Below, piece by piece: positions 16,989 to 27,522 of a DNA stretch of 41,693 nt. The translations under genes and the position numbers were made by a program. Location of the stretch: contig CAZQSC010000003.1 of the NCBI GenBank assembly GCA_964595705.1, positions 1-41,693 on the forward strand. Reading direction: 5' to 3'. Every line of letters starts with the position of its first letter. Position 1 is the stretch's first letter. Under the pieces are notes generated by a model. It saw nothing but the letters and a program-made list of their open reading frames with translations, was not told the origin of the DNA and searched no databases. Origin of the DNA: an uncultured bacterium (GTDB taxonomy: Bacteria > Latescibacterota > MVCY01).

Positions 16989-18731
16989 TCAGCCTCCCTT
17001 TTCCAGCCTTGCCATCTCCTCCTCTACTATGCTCTCATCCAGTTTTTTGAACAGAGGATAGGGTTTGGGCAATTGTTGGCCGGGAGGCAATTGGCTGGGT
17101 GACCAGCTTAGCTGTCCCCCAGATTTTCTCCAGACCAACGCCTGGTGGCTCCTCTCTCTTTCCCGGAAGCTCTTAATCTCTATCTCTCCTATAATATTGC
17201 CCTCATATCCCAGCATTTGGTGCAGGGCCTGAGATGAGAAGGGGAGAAAGGGCAAGAAGAGAATCTTAAGGGAGTCAATGACCCGGAGACAGACAAATAG
17301 CGTTGTCGCTGCTGCCGGAGGGTTCGTTTTAATGGCCGCCCAGGGTGTTTTGCTGTCGAAGTAGCGGTTAGCCTCTGCGGTCAGTTTCATAACCTCACTC
17401 AGAGCAGCTTTGAATCGGCACTGTTCAATTAGCTGGCCCAAAGCGCCAAACCCCTCCTCTACCTTTGCCAGGATTGTCCGGTCGGCCTCGTCCAGTTTTC
17501 CCGGGGCCGGCACCTGCCGGCCGAAGTTCTTGTAGGTGAAGGTCAGTATCCGGTGAACTAAGTTGCCCCAGGTGGCCACCAGCTCATTGTTGTTGTGGAA
17601 CCAGAAATCCTTCCAGGTGAAATCGGTGTCCCGACTCTCAGGGGCGTTGGCGGTAAGATAGTAGCGCAGGGAGTCGGGGCCATAGCGGGAAAGGTAATCC
17701 GGCAGCCATACAGCCCAGTTGCGACTGGTGGAGAATTTCTGCCCCTCGAAGGTGAGATACTCATTGGCAGGCACATCATAGGGTAGATTCAACCCCCCGT
17801 AGCCCATAAGCATAGCTGGCCAGATGATAGTATGAAAGGGTATGTTATCCTTGGCAATGAAGTAGTAACTCCGGACCGGTTTTTGCCACCACTGCCTCCA
17901 ACTGTCGGGCTGGCCGTTGTTCTGGGCCCATTCAATGGTAGCCGAAAGGTATCCGATGACCGCCTCAAACCAGACATAAATGCGTTTCTGCTCGTAGCCT
18001 TTCACTGGCACCGGCACACCCCAGTCAATATCTCGGGTAATAGGACGTCCCCTTAGACCCTCTTTGAGCAGGTTCAGGGTGAAATTGGCTACATTGGGCC
18101 GCCAGTGTTTCTGTTTGCTCACCCAGTCCAAAAGGGGCTGTTCAAACTGAGAAAGGTCTAAGAAGAAGTGTTCTGTCTTGCGCACTGCCGGTCGACTCTG
18201 GCAGAACCGACAGCGAGGCTGAACCAGTTTTAAGGCATCGAAGGGCTTGCCGCAGTTGTCGCACTGGTCGCCTCTGGCCTCCGGGAAACCACAGTAAGGA
18301 CAGGTGCCTTCTACATAACGATCGGGCAGAAACCTCCTGCAGCGTTCACAGTAAAAGGCCTCCATCGCCTCCTTGTAGATGTGCCCTTGGCTCAAAAGCT
18401 TCAAAAACATATCCTGTGCCACCTGATAATGGTTCTCTGTATCCGTGTAGGTGAACAGATCAAAGCTCAAACCCAGTTGGGCAAAGCAGCTAAGAAACTC
18501 GTTGTGATAACGCTCGACGATCTGCTGCGGCAACACTCCCTCCTGCTCTGCCCGGACAGTAATAGGAGTGCCGTGAGTATCGCTGCCGGAGACCATCAAT
18601 ACATCATTACCCTTTAGGCGATGGTAGCGAGCGAATATCTCAGCGGGCAGATAGGCACCAGCTATGTGCCCTAAGTGGCGGGAGCCACTTGCGTAGGGCC
18701 AGGCAACAAAAATACCAATCCTTTCGACCAT
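16989..18731 (-). CDS. metG: Methionyl-tRNA synthetase (no C-terminal tRNA-binding domain)
   Basis: AWPYASG..HLGH, SGSDTHG, four CxxC knuckles, YVWFEA, KDNIPFH, KFSTS. Confidence 0.96.
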   Translation of the reverse strand: MVERIGIFVAWPYASGSRHLGHIAGAYLPAEIFARYHRLKGNDVLMVSGSDTHGTPITVRAEQEGVLPQQIVERYHNEFLSCFAQLGLSFDLFTYTDTENHYQVAQDMFLKLLSQGHIYKEAMEAFYCERCRRFLPDRYVEGTCPYCGFPEARGDQCDNCGKPFDALKLVQPRCRFCQSRPAVRKTEHFFLDLSQFEQPLLDWVSKQKHWRPNVANFTLNLLKEGLRGRPITRDIDWGVPVPVKGYEQKRIYVWFEAVIGYLSATIEWAQNNGQPDSWRQWWQKPVRSYYFIAKDNIPFHTIIWPAMLMGYGGLNLPYDVPANEYLTFEGQKFSTSRNWAVWLPDYLSRYGPDSLRYYLTANAPESRDTDFTWKDFWFHNNNELVATWGNLVHRILTFTYKNFGRQVPAPGKLDEADRTILAKVEEGFGALGQLIEQCRFKAALSEVMKLTAEANRYFDSKTPWAAIKTNPPAAATTLFVCLRVIDSLKILFLPFLPFSSQALHQMLGYEGNIIGEIEIKSFRERERSHQALVWRKSGGQLSWSPSQLPPGQQLPKPYPLFKKLDESIVEEEMARLEKGG

Positions 18732-18793
18732 TCTCCTCTCTTTCAGTTAAAAGCGATGGTTTCTAAACACCCCTTTCTCTACATTTCTGAGCC

Positions 18794-19507
18794 CTATTCC
18801 CACGAGCTTATTATCTTTTCGGCAAACCCCAGGCTTTCGGGCGTGTCTATATCTACCCAAAATCTGTCGGTTATCTCATAGGCTCGGACCTTTCTCTGTG
18901 TAGCCAAAGCCCTCACTGCATCGGAAAGAGAACAAAACCCTCTGCGGATGGTTCGTTCCAGCACCTTGAAGAAATTGGGAGAGCAGAGGAACATACCTGT
19001 ATCTATCCCATTGTATTGCTCCAGATGTTTCCCTATATCTTCTATTTTCCCTTTGCGCACTTTTACTTTGGTGGCATCATGGATGTCAAAGATATTCTTG
19101 AGACTCTTGTCCACACAGAGTATGCTCTCTTCTCTGTCCAATTTGTGTCTTTTAAGCTCGGAAAGCGTCTTATGGTCAAAGAGGTGATCTGACATCAACA
19201 GGACAAAATTAGTTTGCAGTAAGGGTTTTGCCTTCAAAACAGAGATGCCATTAGGTTGCCACCACTGGGGATTGTCCACATATTCAATATTCACCCCAAG
19301 TCGGCTTCCGTTGCCCAATCTCGCTTTCAGCTTATGCCCCAGATACCCGGTGACAACGACTATCCGGTGTATCCCTGCCTTTTTCACCGAGTGAATAATC
19401 CGCTCTATCAAGGGGATGCCTAAAATGGGGATGAGAGGTTTTGGGGTACGGTGGGTGTAGGGTCTCAATCTTTTACCTCTTCCTGCTGCTATTATCAAAG
19501 CTTTCAC
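18794..19507 (-). CDS. Nucleotidyltransferase, IPCT/LicC-like cytidylyltransferase
   Basis: AAGRGKRL..PKPL, NGISV, LMSDH, DATKV, IDTG, WVDIDTPE. Confidence 0.85.
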   Translation of the reverse strand: MKALIIAAGRGKRLRPYTHRTPKPLIPILGIPLIERIIHSVKKAGIHRIVVVTGYLGHKLKARLGNGSRLGVNIEYVDNPQWWQPNGISVLKAKPLLQTNFVLLMSDHLFDHKTLSELKRHKLDREESILCVDKSLKNIFDIHDATKVKVRKGKIEDIGKHLEQYNGIDTGMFLCSPNFFKVLERTIRRGFCSLSDAVRALATQRKVRAYEITDRFWVDIDTPESLGFAEKIISSWE

Positions 19508-20880
19508 TTCACATCACTCTCCTTCAGGTGTTTACACGCTCTCAAGGCATATACAACGGCTGTCACTGTAGCGTGAATCAGGATGGCGAACAAAGAGTAG
19601 AGAGGTGCGCCCAATATAACTCCCAATAGAATGTAATATATGTATATGTTCTTCCGGCCGTCGAACCTCCTGAACTTCCGATCGAAGGGGGCGCAGTCTG
19701 ACAGGGAGATGCCCATAACCTCTTTGAACTGCATATAGCAATGGGTGGCGAATCCGTTGAACAGAACGATGCCCAGGGCTATTTTCAGCGGCGCTTGATT
19801 CCCAGCACCGGTTAGCGAAAATCTATCCGGGTGAGAAGAGAGAAACCAGGCTAAACTTATATACCAGGACTGTTCGAATAGGAAGTCAAAGGAGTGCTCT
19901 ATGTTGCCCAATTTCGTCAATCTTCCCCTTATTCGGGCCAATTTTCCGTCCAGCCCGTCCATTACCGAGACTACATAAGTGAGAACTGAACCCGCCAGCA
20001 GATGGCCGGTGAGGAAAAGGAAAGTCACCAGATAAGCAACTATATTGGTCAGAACAGTCAGTTGATTGGGGGTAATCTTCAACTCGGACAGATAGTAGAG
20101 GATTTTGTTCTCTATGTGTCGGTTTATATACCAGGCATGGAAATCAAGGGTGCCTTTCTGAGTGGCCCTCACAAGCTCCCTTTTGCAAGATGCCAAATCC
20201 TTTTTTGAATCCACTCGACACCAGAAAGGCCTCACCTGACGCCTCATCCCAGGTACATAGGAGGGGATATCAAGGACATTCAACCCCTTAACCTCGAATC
20301 TCTCTGCTATCCGTTGAAGAGACTCTATCCAATTCTGCCCCTTATCAGCACACTCCTCCAGGAGAGGAAACACCTCTGGAGAGAGTTTACATAATCCGGT
20401 GAAGATACCATTTCCCTTCTGTATGCCTATCTGCCTTATTCTGTTGTTACTCACCACCACTTTTGTGGAGGTATCCGCACTGTGGTGGCTCCAGTCGTTA
20501 TCGTAACATAAGGTTATCCCCTTTTTTTCTTTCAAATGTTCCAGTATCCGTCCATCAAAGACCAAATTGGCGGGAAGCAGTAGAAAATCCTCTTTTATAA
20601 CATCTCTTGCGGCCAGAATTGCCTCTGTCAGTGTTCCTCCATCGTTGGACACTGTGACATACTCTATGTGAAGTCCTAAGTCTTCAACTCCCTTTAGGTG
20701 GCATTCTATCGTTTCTCTGTTGTAAGCAGAGAGAATAACCACCTCTGTCACCCCCGCCGAGGCCAAAAGCACCAGGGTTCTTTCCACTACGGAAGAACCG
20801 CAAAGCTTAAGAAAAGCTATTGGGCCTGCCTTGTCGTCAAGCGAGCTACTCTCTTGCACTACTGGAATTAAGGCCTTCAT
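19504..20880 (-). CDS. Fusion of a degenerate NTP-transferase domain and a CDP-alcohol phosphotransferase (IPCT/DIPPS-like architecture)
   Basis: N-terminal NTase-like fold lacking the AAGxGxR loop; C-terminal ITPNQLT, DGLDGKLAR...G and transmembrane helices. Confidence 0.82.
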   Translation of the reverse strand: MKALIPVVQESSSLDDKAGPIAFLKLCGSSVVERTLVLLASAGVTEVVILSAYNRETIECHLKGVEDLGLHIEYVTVSNDGGTLTEAILAARDVIKEDFLLLPANLVFDGRILEHLKEKKGITLCYDNDWSHHSADTSTKVVVSNNRIRQIGIQKGNGIFTGLCKLSPEVFPLLEECADKGQNWIESLQRIAERFEVKGLNVLDIPSYVPGMRRQVRPFWCRVDSKKDLASCKRELVRATQKGTLDFHAWYINRHIENKILYYLSELKITPNQLTVLTNIVAYLVTFLFLTGHLLAGSVLTYVVSVMDGLDGKLARIRGRLTKLGNIEHSFDFLFEQSWYISLAWFLSSHPDRFSLTGAGNQAPLKIALGIVLFNGFATHCYMQFKEVMGISLSDCAPFDRKFRRFDGRKNIYIYYILLGVILGAPLYSLFAILIHATVTAVVYALRACKHLKESDVK

Positions 20881-21001
20881 CTACTGCTCCAAACCGCAAT
20901 ACTTTTACGAACCGGGAATCGCCCGCACCTTCTCTCCTACTGAAGACTATTTTCTATAGCGGGTTATGATAATTCTCTCCACTGTAATCCAACTTCTTCT
21001 G

Positions 21002-23008
21002 CTATCTTCCTTCCAAAATCGCCTCCACCTTTGAAATTACATTATCTACAGTAAATCCGAACCTTTCAAAGAGGACTTTAGCGGGGGCAGAGGCGCCGAA
21101 GGTGGTTATCCCTATTACCTCGCCATCGGGCCCCACGTAACGGTGCCACCCCTGGGGGTAGGCCGCCTCTATCGCCAGTCTGGCAGTAACCTTGGGCGGA
21201 AGAATTGCATCTTTATAGGCTTGGGGCTGCTTCTCAAAGAGCTCCTGGCTTGGCATATTGACTACTCTGGCAGCAATCCCCTTGTTTGTCAGTTTTTCAT
21301 AGGCTTCGGGGGCTAAATGGACCTCCGAGCCGGTGGCCAGCATAATGACTTCTGGCTCTCCGGAAGGTGGATCGACCAGAACATAGGCACCTTGCTTAAG
21401 GCCTGCGGCCGGGGCAAACTTTCCCCTATCTATAATTGGAAGTTTTTGCCTGGTTAGTATTAAAGCAATAGGTCCATCTCTGTTCTCCAACGCCACCTCC
21501 CAGGCTACTGCAGTTTCTGCAGCATCTGCCGGACGGATAACAGTCAGGTTTGGCACAGCCCTCAAACTCGGCAGATGTTCGATGGGCTGATGAGTGGGGC
21601 CATCCTCGCCAAGGCCTATGGAATCGTGAGTAAAAACGTATATTACAGGAAGTTTCATCATAGCAGCTAATCTTATAGCCGGCCGCATATAGTCGGAAAA
21701 GACCAGAAAAGTCCCGCCGTAGGGGATCAGGGCCTGGCTTAAAGCTATGCCATTTAGTATCGCTCCCATAGCATGTTCTCTTATGCCGAAATGAAGATTC
21801 CTTCCAGTGTGGTCGATCCCGAAGTCTCCAAGGCCTTTAAGATAAGTCTGGGTGGAAGGGGCAAGATCGGCAGAGCCCCCGATGAGATTGGGGATGTGAG
21901 GGGCTATGGCATTCAACACTTTACCCGAAGCACTCCGGGTTGCCACAGGGGTGTCCACTTCTTCAAAAGCAGGGATTTTCTCTTTCCAACTGCTTATAAA
22001 TTTTCTTTCAGAGAACATCTGCCACTGCTGGGCCAGCTCAGGGAATTCTCTGCGATAGGCCTCGAATAGCTTTTGCCAGGCTTTTTCGTGTTCTTCACCC
22101 TGTTGGATGGCTTTGCGGAAGTGCGCCAAGACTTCCTGTGGCACATAAAAGTCGGGCTCCAAGGGCCAGTTCAGATTCTGCTTGGTGAGTTTAATCTCTT
22201 CGGGCCCCAAAGGCGCTCCATGGGAGGCGGCGGTGTCCTGTTTGTTAGGGCTGCCGTAGGCGATATGGGTTCTGGCGACAATGAGTGAGGGCCTTTCTTG
22301 CTCTCCCTGAGCTTTGGCTATCGCTTCGGCAATTCCCTTGAGGTCGTATCCATCTACATGCTCCACGTGCCATCCCAGTGCTGCAAATCTTTTCCCTACA
22401 TCTTCGCTGAATGCCAGTTCGGTAGGGCCCTCTATGGTGATGTGATTGTCATCGTAAATATAGATGATCTTGCCGAGCTTGAGGTGACCGGCCAGGGAGG
22501 CAGCTTCTGAGGAGACTCCTTCCATCAGATCCCCATCGCTTACAATCGCATAGATGTGATAATCGAACAACGGATAGTCCGGGCGATTGAAGTATTCAGC
22601 AAGATATCGCTGGGCTATGGCCATGCCTACTCCTGTACCAAAGCCCTGTCCCAGTGGCCCGGTGGTAGTTTCAACTCCTGAACAGATGTCATACTCGGGA
22701 TGTCCCGGGGTTTTGCTTCCCCACTGACGGAAGTTTTTTATCTCGTCGATGGAGATATCATATCCAGTGAGATAAAGAAGGGCGTAAAGTAGGGTCGAAC
22801 CGTGGCCAGCAGAGAGAACAAATCTGTCTCTGCCAGGCCAGCGGGGGTTTTGAGGATTATGGCGTAAAAATTTCGTCCACACAACATAAGCTATAGCCGC
22901 TGCTCCCATAGGCATTCCGGGGTGTCCGGAATTTGCCTTCTCCACAGCATCAACCGCCAGCATTCTGATGGTATCGATACAGAGATCATCAACTTTGGTC
23001 TGCTCCAT
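21002..23008 (-). CDS. tkt: Transketolase
   Basis: [50 protein letters not shown]. Confidence 0.97.
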   Translation of the reverse strand: MEQTKVDDLCIDTIRMLAVDAVEKANSGHPGMPMGAAAIAYVVWTKFLRHNPQNPRWPGRDRFVLSAGHGSTLLYALLYLTGYDISIDEIKNFRQWGSKTPGHPEYDICSGVETTTGPLGQGFGTGVGMAIAQRYLAEYFNRPDYPLFDYHIYAIVSDGDLMEGVSSEAASLAGHLKLGKIIYIYDDNHITIEGPTELAFSEDVGKRFAALGWHVEHVDGYDLKGIAEAIAKAQGEQERPSLIVARTHIAYGSPNKQDTAASHGAPLGPEEIKLTKQNLNWPLEPDFYVPQEVLAHFRKAIQQGEEHEKAWQKLFEAYRREFPELAQQWQMFSERKFISSWKEKIPAFEEVDTPVATRSASGKVLNAIAPHIPNLIGGSADLAPSTQTYLKGLGDFGIDHTGRNLHFGIREHAMGAILNGIALSQALIPYGGTFLVFSDYMRPAIRLAAMMKLPVIYVFTHDSIGLGEDGPTHQPIEHLPSLRAVPNLTVIRPADAAETAVAWEVALENRDGPIALILTRQKLPIIDRGKFAPAAGLKQGAYVLVDPPSGEPEVIMLATGSEVHLAPEAYEKLTNKGIAARVVNMPSQELFEKQPQAYKDAILPPKVTARLAIEAAYPQGWHRYVGPDGEVIGITTFGASAPAKVLFERFGFTVDNVISKVEAILEGR

Positions 23009-23115
23009 CCTCCTCCTCCGTTATGAGATTTGTGAATCTTATATCTTGACTTTGTCAGATTGGGGCATTGACTTTATAATGACAAAATCCAAAGCCCAAG
23101 CAGCTTTGGCTCCCC

Positions 23116-24276
23116 TTAGCTCCAAACGCCAGGGACTTTATAACCACAGAACTTACATTTGCCCTCTTTCAGGTTGACCTCTAACACGCTGTAACCTCTT
23201 CTCCTAACCACTACCTTGCCGCACTTCGGACAATAGGTATTTTCCGCCTCACTGCCAGCCACATTTCCAATATAGACATAATTTAAACCAGTCTCCTTCG
23301 CTATCTTCCTTGCCCTCTCCAGGGTCTTCACCGGAGTAGGGGGATAATTTCTCATCTTATAGGCAGGATAGAACCGGGAGAAGTGGAGTGGCACATCCGG
23401 CCCCAGGTTCTCTGCTATCCAGTTACATACCCCTTTGAACTCCTCGTCACTGTCGTTCTCTGTGGGGACAACCAAGTAGACAATCTCGAACCACATACCC
23501 AGTTGTTTCAAAAGCTTCAGGGTATCTAAAACCGGCTGCAATCTGGCAGAGCATATCCTCTCGTAATAGTTCTCGCTGTAGGCCTTCAGATCGATCTTCA
23601 CTGCATCTAAATACCTACACCACTGCTCCATAGGCCTGGGGTTTATAAAGCCGTTGGAGACAACTACATTCTTCAGCCCCAGCTCCTTTGCCGCTATGGA
23701 GGTGTCAAGCACATATTCATAAAAAATCACTGGTTCTGAATAGGTGTAGGCGATCGATTTCACCCCTGCCTGCCGTGCCAACTGAGCTACCCTCTCCGGA
23801 GGCAGATAGACATTTCTCAACTGCTCAGGGCCTACCTGAGATATGTCCCAGTTTTGGCAGAACTTGCATTCAATATTACATCCAGCAGTGGCGATGGAGA
23901 AGGCACCTGTGCCTGGCAGAAGGTGGAAGAAGGGTTTCTTCTCTATGGGATCTACATGGACAGCACAGGGGTTGGCGTAGACCAAGGTATAGTAGGTCCC
24001 GTCTACATTCTTCCTCACTTTGCACAGGCCCTTTTGCCCCTCACCTACTGTACAGCCCCAGGGGCAGAGCTCGCATCTGACTGCTCTTCTGCCCAACTTC
24101 ACATAGTGCATTGCCTCCTTGGCTACAAATATGTGCTTGCGGTCCGCAATGTCAGACGAGGCCTCTGCCTGTCCGAAAGGCCGAACCATATCCATAATCT
24201 GGGAGACCAAGGCCAGGGAGGCTCCCTTTTCTGCTATGTCGCAGAGAAACCGCCGTCTCGATATCTCCGAAGCCAT
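23116..24276 (-). CDS. amrS: AmmeMemoRadiSam system radical SAM enzyme with Tat-like leader
   Basis: CELCP..C..GLC, DPIEKKPFFH, GCNIECKFCQNWDISQ, YTYSEP, HFSRFYP, YVYIGN, terminal CxxC pairs; start at ATG 24276 behind GGGAGGTG. Confidence 0.9.
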   Translation of the reverse strand: MASEISRRRFLCDIAEKGASLALVSQIMDMVRPFGQAEASSDIADRKHIFVAKEAMHYVKLGRRAVRCELCPWGCTVGEGQKGLCKVRKNVDGTYYTLVYANPCAVHVDPIEKKPFFHLLPGTGAFSIATAGCNIECKFCQNWDISQVGPEQLRNVYLPPERVAQLARQAGVKSIAYTYSEPVIFYEYVLDTSIAAKELGLKNVVVSNGFINPRPMEQWCRYLDAVKIDLKAYSENYYERICSARLQPVLDTLKLLKQLGMWFEIVYLVVPTENDSDEEFKGVCNWIAENLGPDVPLHFSRFYPAYKMRNYPPTPVKTLERARKIAKETGLNYVYIGNVAGSEAENTYCPKCGKVVVRRRGYSVLEVNLKEGKCKFCGYKVPGVWS

Positions 24277-24299
24277 CAAAATCACCTCCCAATCTTTTT

Positions 24300-24328
24300 A
24301 TTATAAATAAATATCCGGCTAAACGCAA
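24300..24328 (-). promoter_or_regulatory. Putative sigma70 promoter for amrS
   Basis: Minus strand reads TTGCGT-17 nt-TATAAT just upstream of the RBS. Confidence 0.65.
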
Positions 24329-24418
24329 GACAAAAATGTCCCCGGCTCCTCCGGTGGCCTCTGCTGTCATCCACTCTCCTATGAACCCCTGTACTCCGAA
24401 GGGATTTCAAAAAATGGC

Positions 24419-24446
24419 TTGACTTTTCCATATTTTTGGATATCTT
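24419..24446 (+). promoter_or_regulatory. Putative sigma70 promoter for argS
   Basis: TTGACT-16 nt-TATCTT about 110 nt before the argS ATG. Confidence 0.45.
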
Positions 24447-24553
24447 TACCTAAGGGTAAAAAGGCCCTCCCCTGAGCTTTACACTCTCCCCCCTCCAGTA
24501 GGTATCCAAAACAGGAGCGGATTTAGTAAAAAAATAGCATAGGGTCTTGTAAT

Positions 24554-26266
24554 ATGGCAAGTTTTGCAGCAGAAAAAGTGACTGATGAAATAGTCGATAT
24601 CCTCAAACAGCAGGTCAATCTGAGCCCGACTCAGATCAGAGATGCACTGGGAACTCCCCCCACGGCCGAGCTGGGGGATTATGCCTTTGGCTGTTTCACA
24701 CTGGCTAAAGAATGGAAAAAATCCCCGGCTGTCATAGCTCAGGAGTTGACAAAGAGATTAAAACCACAAAATTACATCAAAGAGATTGAAAACGCAGGGC
24801 CTTATATCAACTTCACTGTGAACAAAGAGAAATTCACTGTGCTGGTTTTAAAGGAGATATTCGCCCTGGGAAGCTCTTATGGCAACTGGGATGTGGGAGC
24901 TGGAAAGACAGTGGTGGTGGATTTTTCCTCGCCCAATATCGCTAAGCCCTTCGGGGTCGGACACCTCAGATCTACGGTAATTGGAAATTCTATCTGTAAA
25001 CTCTACAAGTCCTTAGGGTACACTTGTATTGGTATCAACCACTTAGGGGACTGGGGAACCCAGTTTGGAAAGCTCATTGTGGCTTACAAAAAATGGGGGA
25101 AGAAAGAACAACTAAAGGCCGAGCCAGTCCGACAACTGTACAATCTTTATGTGAAGTTTCATGCTGAGGCTCAGAAGGAGAAGTCATTAGAAGAGGAGGC
25201 CAGGGAGTGGTTTCGGAAGTTAGAGGCAGGAGAACAGGAGGCCACCCGTCTATGGCGCTGGTTCCGAGACATCAGTCTAAAAAAGTTCCAGAGAATCTAC
25301 GACATATTAGATATACATTTTGATTCCTATGCCGGGGAGAGTTTCTACAACCCGATGTTGGCCGAAACAATAGAGGAGGTGAAGGCTGCTGGTTTTGCCC
25401 AGGAAAGCCAGGGGGCGTTGATCGTCGATCTGAAGAGATTTGGAATGCCCCCCTGCCTGCTGCGTAAAACTGACGGTTCAACCCTGTATGCCACCCGGGA
25501 CATCGCCGCAGCAATATACCGGTTCAACACCTACGGCTTCGATAAGATGATCTATGTAGTGGGGGCAGACCAAAAACTCCACTTTCAACAAATCTTTAAG
25601 GTTCTGGAATTGCTCGGCTACCCCTGGGCGAACGCCCTGGTGCATGTGCCCTTCGGTCTGGTGAGATTTGGAAATGGTAAAATGTCCACCCGGAAAGGGA
25701 ATGTCGTCTTCTTAGAGGAGGTGTTCCAGAAGGCGGTTGAGCTGACAGAGAAGATAATAGAAGAAAAGAACCCGGAGCTGGGAGATAAACGGGAGGTTGC
25801 CACACAGGTGGGAGTGGGCGCTATTGTCTTCAACGATCTGAGTACCAAAAGAATGAAGGATGTGGACTTCTCCTGGGATAGAATGTTGAACTTCAACGGA
25901 CAGACAGGGCCATATGTTCAGTATACCTATGCCCGGTTCTCCAGCGTCCTCAGGAAATACGGTCGCCAGGTGGACGATAATGTGAACTTCTCTCTGCTCA
26001 ACTCGGATATGGAAACGGGGCTGGTCAAGCTGTTAAGTAGATTTCCGGAGACCGTCAAGAGAGCAGCCGACGAATACGAGCCCTCAGTGGTAGCCACTTA
26101 CCTTCTGGACCTTTGCGAGGCAAGCAACCGATTTTACAACCACTTCCGGGTACTCTCCGAGGATCTGGAGACTACAAAGGCCAGAGTGCTTCTGGTCTGG
26201 TGCATCAGGACAGTTCTGGGGAAGGCCCTTAAACTTCTGGGCATGAAGACACCAGAGAGGATGTAA
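24554..26266 (+). CDS. argS: Arginyl-tRNA synthetase
   Basis: DFSSPNIAKPFGVGHLRST, NHLGDWGTQFG, YATRD, KMSTRKG, GPYVQY, terminal PERM. Confidence 0.97.
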   Translation: MASFAAEKVTDEIVDILKQQVNLSPTQIRDALGTPPTAELGDYAFGCFTLAKEWKKSPAVIAQELTKRLKPQNYIKEIENAGPYINFTVNKEKFTVLVLKEIFALGSSYGNWDVGAGKTVVVDFSSPNIAKPFGVGHLRSTVIGNSICKLYKSLGYTCIGINHLGDWGTQFGKLIVAYKKWGKKEQLKAEPVRQLYNLYVKFHAEAQKEKSLEEEAREWFRKLEAGEQEATRLWRWFRDISLKKFQRIYDILDIHFDSYAGESFYNPMLAETIEEVKAAGFAQESQGALIVDLKRFGMPPCLLRKTDGSTLYATRDIAAAIYRFNTYGFDKMIYVVGADQKLHFQQIFKVLELLGYPWANALVHVPFGLVRFGNGKMSTRKGNVVFLEEVFQKAVELTEKIIEEKNPELGDKREVATQVGVGAIVFNDLSTKRMKDVDFSWDRMLNFNGQTGPYVQYTYARFSSVLRKYGRQVDDNVNFSLLNSDMETGLVKLLSRFPETVKRAADEYEPSVVATYLLDLCEASNRFYNHFRVLSEDLETTKARVLLVWCIRTVLGKALKLLGMKTPERM

Positions 26267-26277
26267 GTTCAAGGGAG

Positions 26278-26484
26278 ATGAGGCTTAAGATGTTTTTCAA
26301 AATACTGCTCTGGGGTTTGATTCTCCTTTTGCTCTACAAAGCAATCAGCTTCCTTTTGGGGGGGATAGGGAATATTTCCAGATACCATAAGAGGGAAAAC
26401 CCTTCTGGCGACATAGATATTGACGAATCAAAGATAGAAGACGCCGACTTCCGAGAGATAAAGAACTCTGAAGAGAAGTTATAA
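26278..26484 (+). CDS. Small single-pass membrane protein
   Basis: AAGGGAG RBS, hydrophobic N-terminus, acidic IEDADFREIK tail; fills the gap in the + strand gene run. Confidence 0.7.
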   Translation: MRLKMFFKILLWGLILLLLYKAISFLLGGIGNISRYHKRENPSGDIDIDESKIEDADFREIKNSEEKL

Positions 26485-26540
26485 CCGACTGCAAATCTCT
26501 AAATGTCCTCCTGTAGGGAAATAACCTGGCGAACAGAGAA

Positions 26541-27488
26541 ATGGGAAAGGCAGAGATAATCGGACAGATTATAAATCTATCGGGGTGCAAAAAGACCACG
26601 GTAACCCGAGTGGTGGAATCGATGCTCTCGGTGATAAAAGAAGCCATAGAACGCCACGAACCTATACAACTACGAGGCTTTGGGAGCTTTAAGGTGGTAC
26701 GGAGGAAAGCCCGGGCAATTGTTCACCCGGCTACCAGAGAGAAACTGCAGCTTCCCCCCAGAGATGAACCCCAGTTTGAACCCTACCCTAAGTTCAAGAA
26801 AGCGGTGATGGAGGCTTTTGGGCAGAAAACCGATGTCGATTTAGAACATCGCCTCCGAGAGGCCAGAGCGGAGGTCGAAAGGGGCAATGCCCTTCAGGCG
26901 GTGAAGATCTACAACTCTATGCTGAGCCAAAAACCCCGCGAGTTCAGAGCACGGATTGGGTTGGGACTGGCCTACGAATCGATGGGCGAACACCAAAAAG
27001 CAGCAGAGGAATATAAGAAGATCCTCAGGCTTCAACCCGATAATGTAGAAGCGCACTATAACTTAGGAGCTGTCTACTGGGAGATGGGTTTGATTGATAT
27101 AGCCCAGGAGGAGTTCAAAAAGGCCTTAGAGCTTGCCCCCTCCAGTGCTGAGGCCCACTACAATATGGGCCTGGCCCTCTATAAAAAGGGACTTTACGAA
27201 AAGGCAATCTCGGAGCTGGAAAGAGCAGTACAGATCGATCCTGAATCCACGAAATCCTATTACTACCTGGGTGCCTCTTACAGCCAGCTACAGATGCACG
27301 AGAGGGCCATCGAAGTGTTTGAACAACTGTTGGAGAAAGAACCACATAACAGAAGTGTATTCTGGCAGTTAGGACTTTTGTATGACAAAGAAGGACGCCA
27401 TGAAGAGGCAGTGAGGATGTACAGAAAGGCTAACGCACCTGCAGAAGAGGAAACGCCATCGGAGGGGAGCGATAAGTACAGAGAATAG
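26541..27488 (+). CDS. HU/IHF-family DNA-binding domain fused to TPR repeats
   Basis: MGKAEII...IQLRGFGSFKVVRRKAR...HPAT...F.P...FK (HU fold, about 90 aa) followed by about six TPRs (AHYNLG, AHYNMG, YYYLG...). Confidence 0.88.
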   Translation: MGKAEIIGQIINLSGCKKTTVTRVVESMLSVIKEAIERHEPIQLRGFGSFKVVRRKARAIVHPATREKLQLPPRDEPQFEPYPKFKKAVMEAFGQKTDVDLEHRLREARAEVERGNALQAVKIYNSMLSQKPREFRARIGLGLAYESMGEHQKAAEEYKKILRLQPDNVEAHYNLGAVYWEMGLIDIAQEEFKKALELAPSSAEAHYNMGLALYKKGLYEKAISELERAVQIDPESTKSYYYLGASYSQLQMHERAIEVFEQLLEKEPHNRSVFWQLGLLYDKEGRHEEAVRMYRKANAPAEEETPSEGSDKYRE

Positions 27489-27522
27489 TTTTCTTTCTGG
27501 CTTGCTCTTGCGGAGGAGAAGA

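Noticed and set aside
24447-24553. T-box leader upstream of argS
   Set aside because: Too short, and no T-box consensus or terminator/antiterminator was seen.
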